Assembly (NCBI GenBank): GCA_048940645.1
Contig: JBHLOI010000011.1
Coordinates: 1-64,000 of the forward strand
Direction: 5' to 3'
Source of the DNA: Promethearchaeota archaeon
GTDB taxonomy: Archaea; Asgardarchaeota; Lokiarchaeia; Sigyniarchaeales; SOKP01
DNA: 64,000 nucleotides
Part shown: in pieces, positions 41,340 to 50,564 of the stretch
Position numbering within the stretch: position 1 is the first letter of the stretch
How the letters are laid out: each line of letters opens with the position of its first letter
The notes under the pieces: generated by a model
Databases searched by the model: none
The model's input: only the letters and a program-made list of their open reading frames with translations
What the model was told of the DNA's origin: nothing
Program-made: the position numbers and the translations under genes

Positions 41340-42317
41340 TTAAGAAAATTTTAATTTCCTTTTTCGTGTTACTAAAATTACTAAGCAAAAAATTGATAAA
41401 ATCCCAAATGTAGTTATTAATGGAAAACTCCTAATATTTAAAGGCTTTTTAATTGAAAAAGTATCACTAATACTATAGAACTGTGGATGATCATAATCAA
41501 TTATTTTTATTATAAAGTTATGCCCCTCATATTCTCCAATATTCCAATTAAAATTTCCATCATTTTCGGTAAAATTATTTGTAAGTTGTTCCAAGAAACC
41601 ATATAAATTATCATGGAGTTCTATTTTAACCTTTTGTATGGGACCACTTGAATTCCAACTGATCCTAAAAATTGTTTTACTGTATAATATGTCTAAACTA
41701 GTAGGTCTTAGTATTGTTAGTTTGATTTCAATTGCTCTTAGCTTTATAAAAACATGGTCATTTTCATCCAATATAGTCTCGGCCTTTAATACTCCATTTG
41801 TATCATATTCCCTCTGATGAATATATGTTTTATTAATCTCACTTTTCATTTGTTGAAATATAGATGAACCAACGCAATAATAGTCTAATGGGTATAGATC
41901 CTCGACTTCTTCAAGATAATCTTCTATAGGTATTGGTAAAAAAATACAAGCTTCAAATTGAATTGGATTTTTATATATTTGAACATTTTGTATGCTACCA
42001 TTGTCATTAAAGTCCGTTCCATAATCCCAAAACTCAACATTTACACGCCAATAATTACCATAATCAGAAATATCCAGAATAAGTACCTTAAGTAAATCTC
42101 TTACCCCAAAACTAGGTTCAGAACCTAAAACTTCAGTAAAAAGAGTAGAATTAAGTTCTTCAACCTCATAAATAAATTCATCACCTTCTTCTATTCCCAA
42201 AAAATATTCTTGAGCCACTACTTCAACATTATAATAACAAAGAACTAATAATATGTTAAAAAAAGCAACTAAACAATATTTTTTTGAAAAACTTTTCATA
42301 AACTTCGCTTTACTCAT
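41340..42317 (-). CDS. Secreted/surface protein with C-terminal membrane anchor (Loki-CTERM-like)
   Basis: Signal peptide; Ig-like ISWNSSG..NDGNFNW segment; IRSFPL-TM-RKRK tail. Confidence 0.7.
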   Translation of the reverse strand: MSKAKFMKSFSKKYCLVAFFNILLVLCYYNVEVVAQEYFLGIEEGDEFIYEVEELNSTLFTEVLGSEPSFGVRDLLKVLILDISDYGNYWRVNVEFWDYGTDFNDNGSIQNVQIYKNPIQFEACIFLPIPIEDYLEEVEDLYPLDYYCVGSSIFQQMKSEINKTYIHQREYDTNGVLKAETILDENDHVFIKLRAIEIKLTILRPTSLDILYSKTIFRISWNSSGPIQKVKIELHDNLYGFLEQLTNNFTENDGNFNWNIGEYEGHNFIIKIIDYDHPQFYSISDTFSIKKPLNIRSFPLITTFGILSIFCLVILVTRKRKLKFS

Positions 42318-42483
42318 AAATCAATTATAAACTTCTGTCTCATAAAATAAACCATCACAAACTAATATAATATTTATGTTTTTGGTCCTCAAAGAATCTA
42401 TATTATTTTACTTTTTAAATGTATTTGTTTCCTCCTCTTTTTTTCCTTTTTATTGTTTCAAACTAGATATTTTAAGAAGGATT

Positions 42484-42792
42484 ATGAATGAATCAAAGGA
42501 ATCTGAGGAATTCGATTGGGAAGATTATATTACAAAAAAGAAATCTCCTCAAGAATTCATGATCCGAGAATTTATTGTCTATAAGAAGTTAGGACAAAAT
42601 TCGAATGAATATGTGATAAAAAAATTTGATAAGACTAAGGAACAAAATCTTGAAATGTTAAACCTTATTAAAGATATTTTGAACAATGTAGCCAATCTTA
42701 CTCCTAAACAAATAATTGATTATTGTAACAGTCAAAGATACTTTATGAAACTTTATTTTAAACTAATACAGGAAGAATCTAAAAATGAATAA
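42484..42792 (+). CDS. Hypothetical protein (start revised to ATG 42484)
   Basis: The upstream part of the ORF-track call is poly-T intergenic-like; degenerate motif TTTTCCTTTTTATT at 42441-42454. Confidence 0.5.
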   Translation: MNESKESEEFDWEDYITKKKSPQEFMIREFIVYKKLGQNSNEYVIKKFDKTKEQNLEMLNLIKDILNNVANLTPKQIIDYCNSQRYFMKLYFKLIQEESKNE

Positions 42793-42852
42793 ATTATTAA
42801 ATTTTTAGTCCAATCGCCTTTTTTTATTCCTTCTTTGATAATCAATTTAGAA

Positions 42853-42866
42853 TTTTTCTTTAAATA
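42853..42866 (+). promoter_or_regulatory. Regulon promoter TTTTTC-TTTAAATA
   Basis: TATA starts 51 nt before ATG 42910. Confidence 0.75.
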
Positions 42867-42909
42867 AATTTAAAAATATTTAAATTTAAAAATAGTTAGT
42901 CGATGAAAA

Positions 42910-43170
42910 ATGAGTTCTGGAATAGTAGAAAAAGATAAGGACGTTAATGTTAAGATAGATATACAAAGTGATCTTGAGTTAGAATATATATTATCTAAAA
43001 TGATTGTTCCTTTTACATATTTTTTGGAGGTAGAGCATGAACCTGATATTTATAATGGTAAAGAGTTGATTTCTTTTTCCCAAAGACATTCGACTTATAA
43101 AGCTCTTATGCTTACAGAATTTGAAGAAGCAATAAAAAACTTTTCAAAAGTTATAAAAACAAAGAAGTAG
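42910..43170 (+). CDS. Hypothetical protein
   Basis: 86-aa ORF preceded by the regulon promoter. Confidence 0.6.
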   Translation: MSSGIVEKDKDVNVKIDIQSDLELEYILSKMIVPFTYFLEVEHEPDIYNGKELISFSQRHSTYKALMLTEFEEAIKNFSKVIKTKK

Positions 43171-43182
43171 ATAAAGAAAAAC

Positions 43183-43332
43183 CTAACTTTTCCTAAAGAT
43201 TTTCACGGTATAATCCCAAATAGCAGGATTAGAAAACCCGTCTTCTCGAATCTCTTTTAGTACAGCCTCTTTATCCCTATCTTTTGGAGTTAATATAATG
43301 TGTTCTGTAATTCTTAATTCCTCTTTTATCAT
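43183..43332 (-). CDS. Unannotated 49-aa protein MIKEELRITEHIILTPKDRDKEAVLKEIREDGFSNPAIWDYTVKIFRKS
   Basis: GAGGTG SD 5 nt before ATG; variant motif TTTTTATTTATATA at 43377-43390 (-). Confidence 0.6.
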   Translation of the reverse strand: MIKEELRITEHIILTPKDRDKEAVLKEIREDGFSNPAIWDYTVKIFRKS

Positions 43333-43428
43333 ATTACACCTCATTTAGCAATTTTACTATCAAATAATTGCAGAAATATATAAATAAAAAAAATCTCTTT
43401 TTTGTAAGCAAATCCAGATGGTTCACAC

Positions 43429-43442
43429 TTTTTCTTTAAATA
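43429..43442 (+). promoter_or_regulatory. Regulon promoter TTTTTC-TTTAAATA
   Basis: TATA starts 57 nt before ATG 43492. Confidence 0.78.
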
Positions 43443-43491
43443 TACCTGTTATTTTTAAACAGTACCAAAATCATCTGATATAAATATAATT

Positions 43492-44715
43492 ATGATTACC
43501 AAAAAAGTAGTTCCTTATATTGTACAACGGGAGGAGTTATTTCCTAACACGATAGATGAATATCTGAGAAGGCTAATCCCTCTGGTAAATGTAAACATTA
43601 ATAGTGGAGCATGTTATCCATTTGAGCTGGAACATCGGTTAGGAAATACTAAGATCAATCCCTTTCTAAGAATTGCCCACCCAGATGATGCTCCAATCAT
43701 AGCTGATATTTGTAAGGAAGTCTATGAGAATTCCTATCCCTATAAAGAAATGGAAGATGAGACATATGTGCGCAGCATGATCAAAAGCCCAACCAATCAC
43801 TTTATCTTATTTGAAACAGAATCAGGAGAGAATGCCGGTTGCTTCCGCTGTGCTTTGGATTTCGAGCATAAAAAAGGCTATATGGGAGGATTCATGGTGC
43901 GTCACAAGTTCCAGAATAAGCTGGATGTGATTCGAGCAATTATGGGATCCTATATCTGGATGTGGAACTCATTTAAGGAAGATATTTTGGTATGGTATTG
44001 TGAAAATCGAACTGCCCATGCTTCTTCTCAGTATATTACCGCGGTATGCGGAATTAACACCATTGCTATCTTTCCCAATAAGGACATTTTTTTTGGACAA
44101 ATCGAGTCTGATGTAATGGGAATCATTTATACCGAAAAGGTTTTACGAGAGATGAGAAGTGCTTTAGTTCCAACTCTCATTCCTTCAGCATTAAATTCAT
44201 TTTTTTATTCAGATAAATTATATAGTCTCGGAAATATTAGAGTTGCCCAGCCATCTCTCAACCTGGATTTTAACTATATAAAAGGAATCTATGAGAATGT
44301 AAGGTGTGAATTTGAGGACGATAAGTATGGGTATAAACATTTTAAGTTCACAATTGCAGGAACAGATTCTTACTTTACATTCTTGCATAATACTCACATC
44401 CAGAATTTTGAGAAAGCTGATTATTCAGTCCAATCATTAGAGGAACTTTTTGTATTTATTGAATTTTTAAAAAAATTTATGAAGGAAAACACTATTCGCT
44501 ATTGCGAGATGTTTATCTCAGCATATCGGCCTAAACATCAACAATTATTTTACGATGCCGGATTTCGGGCTCGAGGATATATTCCATGCTGGAACTACAT
44601 ACCAGAACAAAACAAATTTGAAGATTATATAGTGTTTAACTATTTTGAAGGCAATATTGAAAATATAGATTTATTACCTCTAGGATATGACCTGCTAAAT
44701 TGTATAGAAGTTTAG
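43492..44715 (+). CDS. GNAT-fold acyltransferase-like protein
   Basis: LRIAHPDDAPII..VYENSYPY, GFMVRHKFQN, ENRTAHASSQ, C-terminal GFRARGYIP. Confidence 0.7.
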   Translation: MITKKVVPYIVQREELFPNTIDEYLRRLIPLVNVNINSGACYPFELEHRLGNTKINPFLRIAHPDDAPIIADICKEVYENSYPYKEMEDETYVRSMIKSPTNHFILFETESGENAGCFRCALDFEHKKGYMGGFMVRHKFQNKLDVIRAIMGSYIWMWNSFKEDILVWYCENRTAHASSQYITAVCGINTIAIFPNKDIFFGQIESDVMGIIYTEKVLREMRSALVPTLIPSALNSFFYSDKLYSLGNIRVAQPSLNLDFNYIKGIYENVRCEFEDDKYGYKHFKFTIAGTDSYFTFLHNTHIQNFEKADYSVQSLEELFVFIEFLKKFMKENTIRYCEMFISAYRPKHQQLFYDAGFRARGYIPCWNYIPEQNKFEDYIVFNYFEGNIENIDLLPLGYDLLNCIEV

Positions 44716-44749
44716 TATTATAATTCTGCTGATTTATGAATTAAAAAAC

Positions 44750-45253
44750 TTACACTTTTAATAAAGTAAAATAGGCTTTTTCTGTATACTTTAAAACTCC
44801 ATTTTTTATGGATCTTCTAATTAGCAATTTTAGTTCTAAGGGAGGGATATCATAATCTTTTGCTAGTATTTCAATCATATAGGCTGGAAATTTTTTATAC
44901 CTTGAAGCTAATGTGTTTAGCAAGGCCTGAAATGTTAAAGTATAATCTTCCTTTTCTTTTGAAGTAAGTTTATCACTGAGTGCTTTTGGTGCAGAAAATA
45001 GAATAAATTCATTTTCAATTGAAAATTGAGCCTCGCCCAAAGAATTTTGCTGTTGTTTCACTTTGTTTACCGCTTCAGTCATTCCATAGACGATTTCTCC
45101 CTTATCTAAAATGTTCCTGACTTGATGAATTCTACCACAACGCAAACATTTTTTAGTTTTTTGGGTAGTTTTCACATAAGAATACTGTTGACATTTAGTA
45201 CAAATAAAAACCACATAAGGAGTTTGATCTTTTTCCCATTTTCTCTGCTCCAT
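44750..45253 (-). CDS. Zinc-ribbon (DUF1922-like) protein with possible C-terminal winged helix
   Basis: FICTKC..KKCLRCG; coupled to the hef stop codon. Confidence 0.65.
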   Translation of the reverse strand: MEQRKWEKDQTPYVVFICTKCQQYSYVKTTQKTKKCLRCGRIHQVRNILDKGEIVYGMTEAVNKVKQQQNSLGEAQFSIENEFILFSAPKALSDKLTSKEKEDYTLTFQALLNTLASRYKKFPAYMIEILAKDYDIPPLELKLLIRRSIKNGVLKYTEKAYFTLLKV

Positions 45254-47406
45254 TATAGGGTCTCCATTTTATGAACGTTTTCAATGATATTTTTTATTAT
45301 AAAATAGAGTTCTTCCACATCTTCTATGATAACTATTTGAATTTGGGTTTTTTCTGCAAATTCCTTAACTTTTTGTTTTATCACTCTTAATTCTCCATTT
45401 ATTCGCTCGGTAAAGTCTATAAAATCCAATATGATGATGATAAGCTCATATTTGTGGTGAAATGCTTTCGCAAAATTGCACAGCTCATTTTGTAATGGTT
45501 TGTCAATACTTTCTGAAGAGTATATTTGGACAAGCACTTTCTCGTAGATTATAATATGTTCATCCATGTTGATAATGGAAAATTGAAATCCTTCCTTTTG
45601 AAATTTCTTCCGCAATCCAAATTTAACAGGTAAAGATTTACTTACTTTTACTTTTTCCAGAAATTTTCTCTCTGTGGAAGTTTTATGGTCATGTATAAAT
45701 TTCAATAATCCCGCTTGATGCTCTCGTTTTACTGGCATTGTATTAAGTGCTACTTTAGGAACTGTTTTCTCTTGAGCTTTCTGAATTACTGAAGCTCTAG
45801 GTAAAAAAGTCTTTTGTTTCCCTTGACTTTTAAGATTCACATTCATCCGTTTTAACTTATTCATTGCAATTTTCAGATAAATCTCATCATGAGTATTTTT
45901 ACAATAAAGAATTATAACTCTACCTTCTCGATGGCGAGCTGTCCTTCCTTTCCTCTGGATAAAACGTATTTCGGATGCTACCACATCATAAAATATTACC
46001 AAGTCGCACTCTGCAATATCAAGTCCCTCTTCTCCAACATTAGTACTTACTAAAACGTTATAAAATCCTTGCTTAAATTTTTCAAGAATTTCCAGTTGAT
46101 TTTTTTGAGATAACCCTTTGTCATCCGTAGATTTCGTTGCCTGTCCCACAAATCGAGTGGTTTTAATACTTTCTACGGTATTCAGTTTATTCGTGATATT
46201 TCTTACTGAGTCTCGTAATTTGACAAAAACTAAAATTCGTGATCCTGGAGTGTTTTCTAATTGTTCTAAGATAATTTGTTTCAATATCTTATACTTTGGA
46301 TGGATTAAAGTTTCAGGAGTAAAATCATGATGTTTTAGTAGTTCTACATATAATTGGTATAATCTATATTCTGAAGCAAGAACCTTCACTGCTTTAGAGC
46401 TTGACTTCTTTTTTGCATCCCCTCTCATTTTTTCTAAGTATCTAAGTAATACATCTAATCCTTGCTGTTCAATTAAGTCAATCATATGATATAAAATAAG
46501 GGCTTGAGCATTCACAGAGAGAGCAGTATACACTCCAGTCTTATCTCCATTATCATTTAATAATTTAACTAATTCTATATTTAATTTTAATAAATCCTTA
46601 CGAAAAATTTTTTCTACTAATTTTTCCGCAGCGCCATCTAAGAAACCTAATTGATAAAGATATTGTAGTCGTTCTTTTAATAAATTTTTTATGACCACAT
46701 ATACGTCTTCCATTAAATCTGTTAATTTTACGCCTATTTTATATATATCCATAGGCTTTAGATATGTTTTCACGTCCTGATCTGTCCTTGTTCGCGTATG
46801 AATGTTCTCTTTGCGAATATGGAGGTTTTTACATAATTCACTAATTTTTCTTTGAGATGCTCCTGGAGATGCAGTTAATGCTAAAATATTTCCATCTGGA
46901 TTTTGATCGAGATACTCATCTGCAATCAATGGATAGGGATAATCTCCAGAAGCATGATGTGCCTCATCAAATATGATTAAACACGTATTATTAAGCGAAT
47001 ATCTCCTTTTTACGAGATCATTTCTTAGGGTTTGCGGAGTATAAAAAACAATTTGGTGTTTAGTAAAGAGTTCTGTACGTTTTTCAGGGTTCACCTTTCC
47101 TGTAAGTACAACAAATTGTTTTTCAGGAATGGTCAATAACTTTTTAAAAGTCTCATAATGTTGATTGATTAGTGGTCTAGTAGGGGCAAGGATTATTATT
47201 TTACTCTTTCTGGGAAAATTTTCTAAGGTATATGCTGTAACAAATACCGCAATAATGGTTTTTCCAAGGCCAGTGGGTAAAACCACGAGCGAGTTCTTAT
47301 TTACGCACTTTTTTGCAATCTCAAACTGGTATTTTCGATACTCAATATTTAATTCCTTAATAAATTCATTTTCAGCAATTTTATTATTTGAATTTGACAA
47401 GATCAT
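45253..47406 (-). CDS. hef: Hef/FANCM-family DEAH helicase with degenerate ERCC4-like C-terminal domain
   Basis: LPTGLGKT, DEAHHASGDYPY, LTASPG, RFVGQA, GEEGLDI, QRKGRTAR. Confidence 0.9.
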   Translation of the reverse strand: MILSNSNNKIAENEFIKELNIEYRKYQFEIAKKCVNKNSLVVLPTGLGKTIIAVFVTAYTLENFPRKSKIIILAPTRPLINQHYETFKKLLTIPEKQFVVLTGKVNPEKRTELFTKHQIVFYTPQTLRNDLVKRRYSLNNTCLIIFDEAHHASGDYPYPLIADEYLDQNPDGNILALTASPGASQRKISELCKNLHIRKENIHTRTRTDQDVKTYLKPMDIYKIGVKLTDLMEDVYVVIKNLLKERLQYLYQLGFLDGAAEKLVEKIFRKDLLKLNIELVKLLNDNGDKTGVYTALSVNAQALILYHMIDLIEQQGLDVLLRYLEKMRGDAKKKSSSKAVKVLASEYRLYQLYVELLKHHDFTPETLIHPKYKILKQIILEQLENTPGSRILVFVKLRDSVRNITNKLNTVESIKTTRFVGQATKSTDDKGLSQKNQLEILEKFKQGFYNVLVSTNVGEEGLDIAECDLVIFYDVVASEIRFIQRKGRTARHREGRVIILYCKNTHDEIYLKIAMNKLKRMNVNLKSQGKQKTFLPRASVIQKAQEKTVPKVALNTMPVKREHQAGLLKFIHDHKTSTERKFLEKVKVSKSLPVKFGLRKKFQKEGFQFSIINMDEHIIIYEKVLVQIYSSESIDKPLQNELCNFAKAFHHKYELIIIILDFIDFTERINGELRVIKQKVKEFAEKTQIQIVIIEDVEELYFIIKNIIENVHKMETL

Positions 47407-47411
47407 TATTT

Positions 47412-47996
47412 TTACTCTCCAGAATTAATTAATATTTTATTATCGTTAAGAATTAGTTCTTTAATTGGCTTATTCCCGCGTTGGTAAGAAAGAATCTGAA
47501 CTCCAAGATCTACAGCTAATTTAGTAGGATATATTAAGCCATTCCCTCGATGTTCGAAAAAATAGGGATGGGTTCCTTTTAGTCTCTTAACTTTTTGAAT
47601 GAGTTCTGAATTATTATATAAGACGTCAAATCCTCTACCAATCTTTATATGTTGGAAGTAAAAAATAATATCGCTTAATAAATTTGATTCTGCTTTAGTA
47701 AGATTAATCTCATTAACCTCCAAATTATCTCCATCTTTTATTAGTGACTTTTTCTTCAGTGCTAAGTAAAGATTTGTGTTTTTCCTTTTTTTATACAGTA
47801 TATATCCATCTAACTTAAAATGAAATAGTTCTTGAAACTGAAATATGAGATTTAACAACTCTTCACCCTCTTTTGGAAGCAACCCAAGAACGTCTTCTAA
47901 TTTGCTAAAGTTAAAATTGGAATTTTGATGTTCATTGAATCGTTTTAAAATGTCTAATATTTCATGTAATTTTTGAATTTTCCAACTTGAGGGCAT
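47412..47996 (-). CDS. Hypothetical protein, possibly winged-helix; first gene of the hef operon
   Basis: FNFSKLEDVLGL HTH-like segment; 5 nt from the hef start. Confidence 0.6.
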   Translation of the reverse strand: MPSSWKIQKLHEILDILKRFNEHQNSNFNFSKLEDVLGLLPKEGEELLNLIFQFQELFHFKLDGYILYKKRKNTNLYLALKKKSLIKDGDNLEVNEINLTKAESNLLSDIIFYFQHIKIGRGFDVLYNNSELIQKVKRLKGTHPYFFEHRGNGLIYPTKLAVDLGVQILSYQRGNKPIKELILNDNKILINSGE

Positions 47997-48017
47997 CTAA
48001 TCCTATAAGTCGTAGTG

Positions 48018-48032
48018 ATATAAAAAGAAAAA
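48018..48032 (-). promoter_or_regulatory. Regulon promoter TTTTTC-TTTTTATAT
   Basis: T-run after the C starts 30 nt before ATG 47996. Confidence 0.8.
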
Positions 48033-48131
48033 ATTATGGGTAGTTACAAAAATCAGTGATAAAAAAATAGATCATAATATTCATAGTAATGTAAAAAATT
48101 AATCATCACTGAGTTTTGTATCAACCCAAAA

Positions 48132-50471
48132 TTATGAGTTTTTAATTTTTTTAAACTGTAAATGCTTTTTTGTGTTTATTGAATCCATTTTTTTGGAGGA
48201 GAAATAAACCAAACAAATTGGACATGCGATTAAAATAACGCCTATTATTGTTGCATGAGTAAATTCACCATTGAAATCTTTAAAAAAGTTTGTATCCGCA
48301 TAATCAGGATTCGAAAAATTCTTTTCCATAAAGCATACCCAGTATAAGGCTTCATGGCAAATTTTTTTTCTCTCAATAGATAAATAAAATTCATAAAAAG
48401 TAGAATCGAATATTCCTGCTATGAGTTCTTGAATAGAACTTATCTCAAAATAGATATTTAAATCTAATAATTCTGAAATTAGATAACTGTAATATACATT
48501 CTTTATGTTTGTATAATCAAGATGCTTTATGATAAAATTCTTAATTTTAGAATCGTCTAAATCATAGAGATTAAGTAATCTTAACATATAAATGCCGAAA
48601 TATGTATTTTCAAGGGTAAAATCAAATTCATTATCTTTGCATGGACCAAAATAAAGTTCACTAGCAGTTTCTTCTACCTGATTGAGAATATACGTACTCA
48701 AAGCACTCACATCAAATCCAATATATAAAAAGTTACCTAAATTTAAATAATCTGCAAGGAGCTCCAAGGCACGGAGTGCATAATAAGTTGTTTCGAATTC
48801 GATACTAAAATTTTGGTATTCAACTGTAGAATGAATAAAGGAATAAGTTGGTAAAAAACCTCCATTATTTATATAATTATCATTTAAAAATTGACTTTGA
48901 ATAATTCTATTTACTATATCTAGTAAATCATGATTTAACTCGAACACTTCAAGTCTTGAAATCTTATTGAGTGTATCTAGTGCCAAAAAAGTACTTTTAT
49001 GAGATTGCATTCTTCCTATTTCATATATCCCATATGAATAATATTCAACTGGAAAGGAACGGAATATTATGGAATCAAAATTCATATTTGTACAGGATAT
49101 AAACATATCACCATCTTCTGCATAATCATAATAACAGGCACTTTCTATTAATTGGTATAGTTGAGAAATGGGAAATTCATTTATTTTATCGTCATATGCA
49201 TTAATCAATGAGTAAAGGAGTTGCAAGGAGGTATAGTCTTCTGAAAGAAGAGCGAATCCATCTAGGTAGAAATACTTTTCTAAAGAAGCAACAATCATAT
49301 CTGTTTCAATGCTATTTAATCGTGAAAGTTCACCAACTTGTTCTAAAGAGCGAAGAATCTGAAAAGTATCAATTAACTCATGATATTGAATGTTTGTGGA
49401 TTGCTCCCAGATGCCCCATGAATTTCTATTATTGAAGATGAATTGTGAAACATTTACTTTGGAATAATTAGAATAACCAGTTAAATAAGCCAATTCTAAG
49501 GCTAGAGCGCTTCCAATTACATCTAATTCGTTATGCTGTTTACAGAATGCTGAAAAATAGAAGTGATAATCGGATGGATTATATAGACGATTAAGATAGA
49601 GATAAAAGTTATTAATATTAATAGAATCAATTTGATTGAATAATTCTAAACTTTTAAGGCAATAATATGCTGAAAGTAAATTAGGATCATTAAATTTAAG
49701 TGAGGAGATAATAAAATCGTCATCATTGAAGAAACCGCCAAAAAAATCGGGATGACTTCCAGTTGCTTGCAGTCCAACTATATAATCAATGATATTGTTC
49801 TTTACTTGAGTATATAGATCCCAATTGTCTAATATATCGATTACTTTTATTGCGTAGAATGTATTATCCATAGTAGTTAATTTCAAATAGGGGGGAAGGG
49901 AAATATCAAATTGTTTTCCAATAAAGCCGTGTCCCACAGGATTATAGCAATCCCAAATAAAGTCTATTATGCTTTGACTATCAATGAGATCCAATTTTCC
50001 AAGAATTTTCAAAGACAATACTGCATAACAATTAATCTCAAGCAAAGAGGATAAGGGATAGATAATTTCCTTGTGGGGATCACTTTCAAGCCACCGTTTT
50101 GCGTAGTTATCAATAAAAAGATTCTCATCTGATTGATAAAAAGCCATGATAAATTCAGTAATCTGAGTGGTATTAATCTCATCCAATCTGTCCAATTTAT
50201 CTAAAATTTCGAGTGTATAATAAGTTGCTTGAATGGAGGGCTCATAAATCTGAGAAAAATACCCTTTTTCACCAAATTGTCCCAATTTTTTATTAAAGAT
50301 GTTGTTTATCAACCCATGATATCCTAATGAAGAAGACGAGAGCCCTTCCTTCTCTGTATATGCTGCTATAGGAGGGTTATTGGAAAATCCAATAAAGAAC
50401 ATAATATTCACTGTTAAAGAAACCATTAAAAGTATAGATAGTAAGTTTTTACCTTTCATTTTTATTTGCAT
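48132..50471 (-). CDS. Exported, membrane-anchored prenyltransferase/squalene-cyclase-repeat (alpha/alpha barrel) protein
   Basis: Repeated TYYTL/TFYAI/AYYCL/TYYAL helices with GGF turns; N-terminal signal, C-terminal TM. Confidence 0.72.
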   Translation of the reverse strand: MQIKMKGKNLLSILLMVSLTVNIMFFIGFSNNPPIAAYTEKEGLSSSSLGYHGLINNIFNKKLGQFGEKGYFSQIYEPSIQATYYTLEILDKLDRLDEINTTQITEFIMAFYQSDENLFIDNYAKRWLESDPHKEIIYPLSSLLEINCYAVLSLKILGKLDLIDSQSIIDFIWDCYNPVGHGFIGKQFDISLPPYLKLTTMDNTFYAIKVIDILDNWDLYTQVKNNIIDYIVGLQATGSHPDFFGGFFNDDDFIISSLKFNDPNLLSAYYCLKSLELFNQIDSININNFYLYLNRLYNPSDYHFYFSAFCKQHNELDVIGSALALELAYLTGYSNYSKVNVSQFIFNNRNSWGIWEQSTNIQYHELIDTFQILRSLEQVGELSRLNSIETDMIVASLEKYFYLDGFALLSEDYTSLQLLYSLINAYDDKINEFPISQLYQLIESACYYDYAEDGDMFISCTNMNFDSIIFRSFPVEYYSYGIYEIGRMQSHKSTFLALDTLNKISRLEVFELNHDLLDIVNRIIQSQFLNDNYINNGGFLPTYSFIHSTVEYQNFSIEFETTYYALRALELLADYLNLGNFLYIGFDVSALSTYILNQVEETASELYFGPCKDNEFDFTLENTYFGIYMLRLLNLYDLDDSKIKNFIIKHLDYTNIKNVYYSYLISELLDLNIYFEISSIQELIAGIFDSTFYEFYLSIERKKICHEALYWVCFMEKNFSNPDYADTNFFKDFNGEFTHATIIGVILIACPICLVYFSSKKMDSINTKKHLQFKKIKNS

Positions 50472-50516
50472 AATTTTAATACAATAGATTATATTGTGAT
50501 CAGAATAAGTTAGGAA

Positions 50517-50530
50517 TATTTAAAGAAAAA
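50517..50530 (-). promoter_or_regulatory. Regulon promoter TTTTTC-TTTAAATA
   Basis: TATA starts 53 nt before ATG 50471. Confidence 0.78.
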
Positions 50531-50564
50531 AAATAGAATAAATAAAAGAAAAAAAATATTGGTG

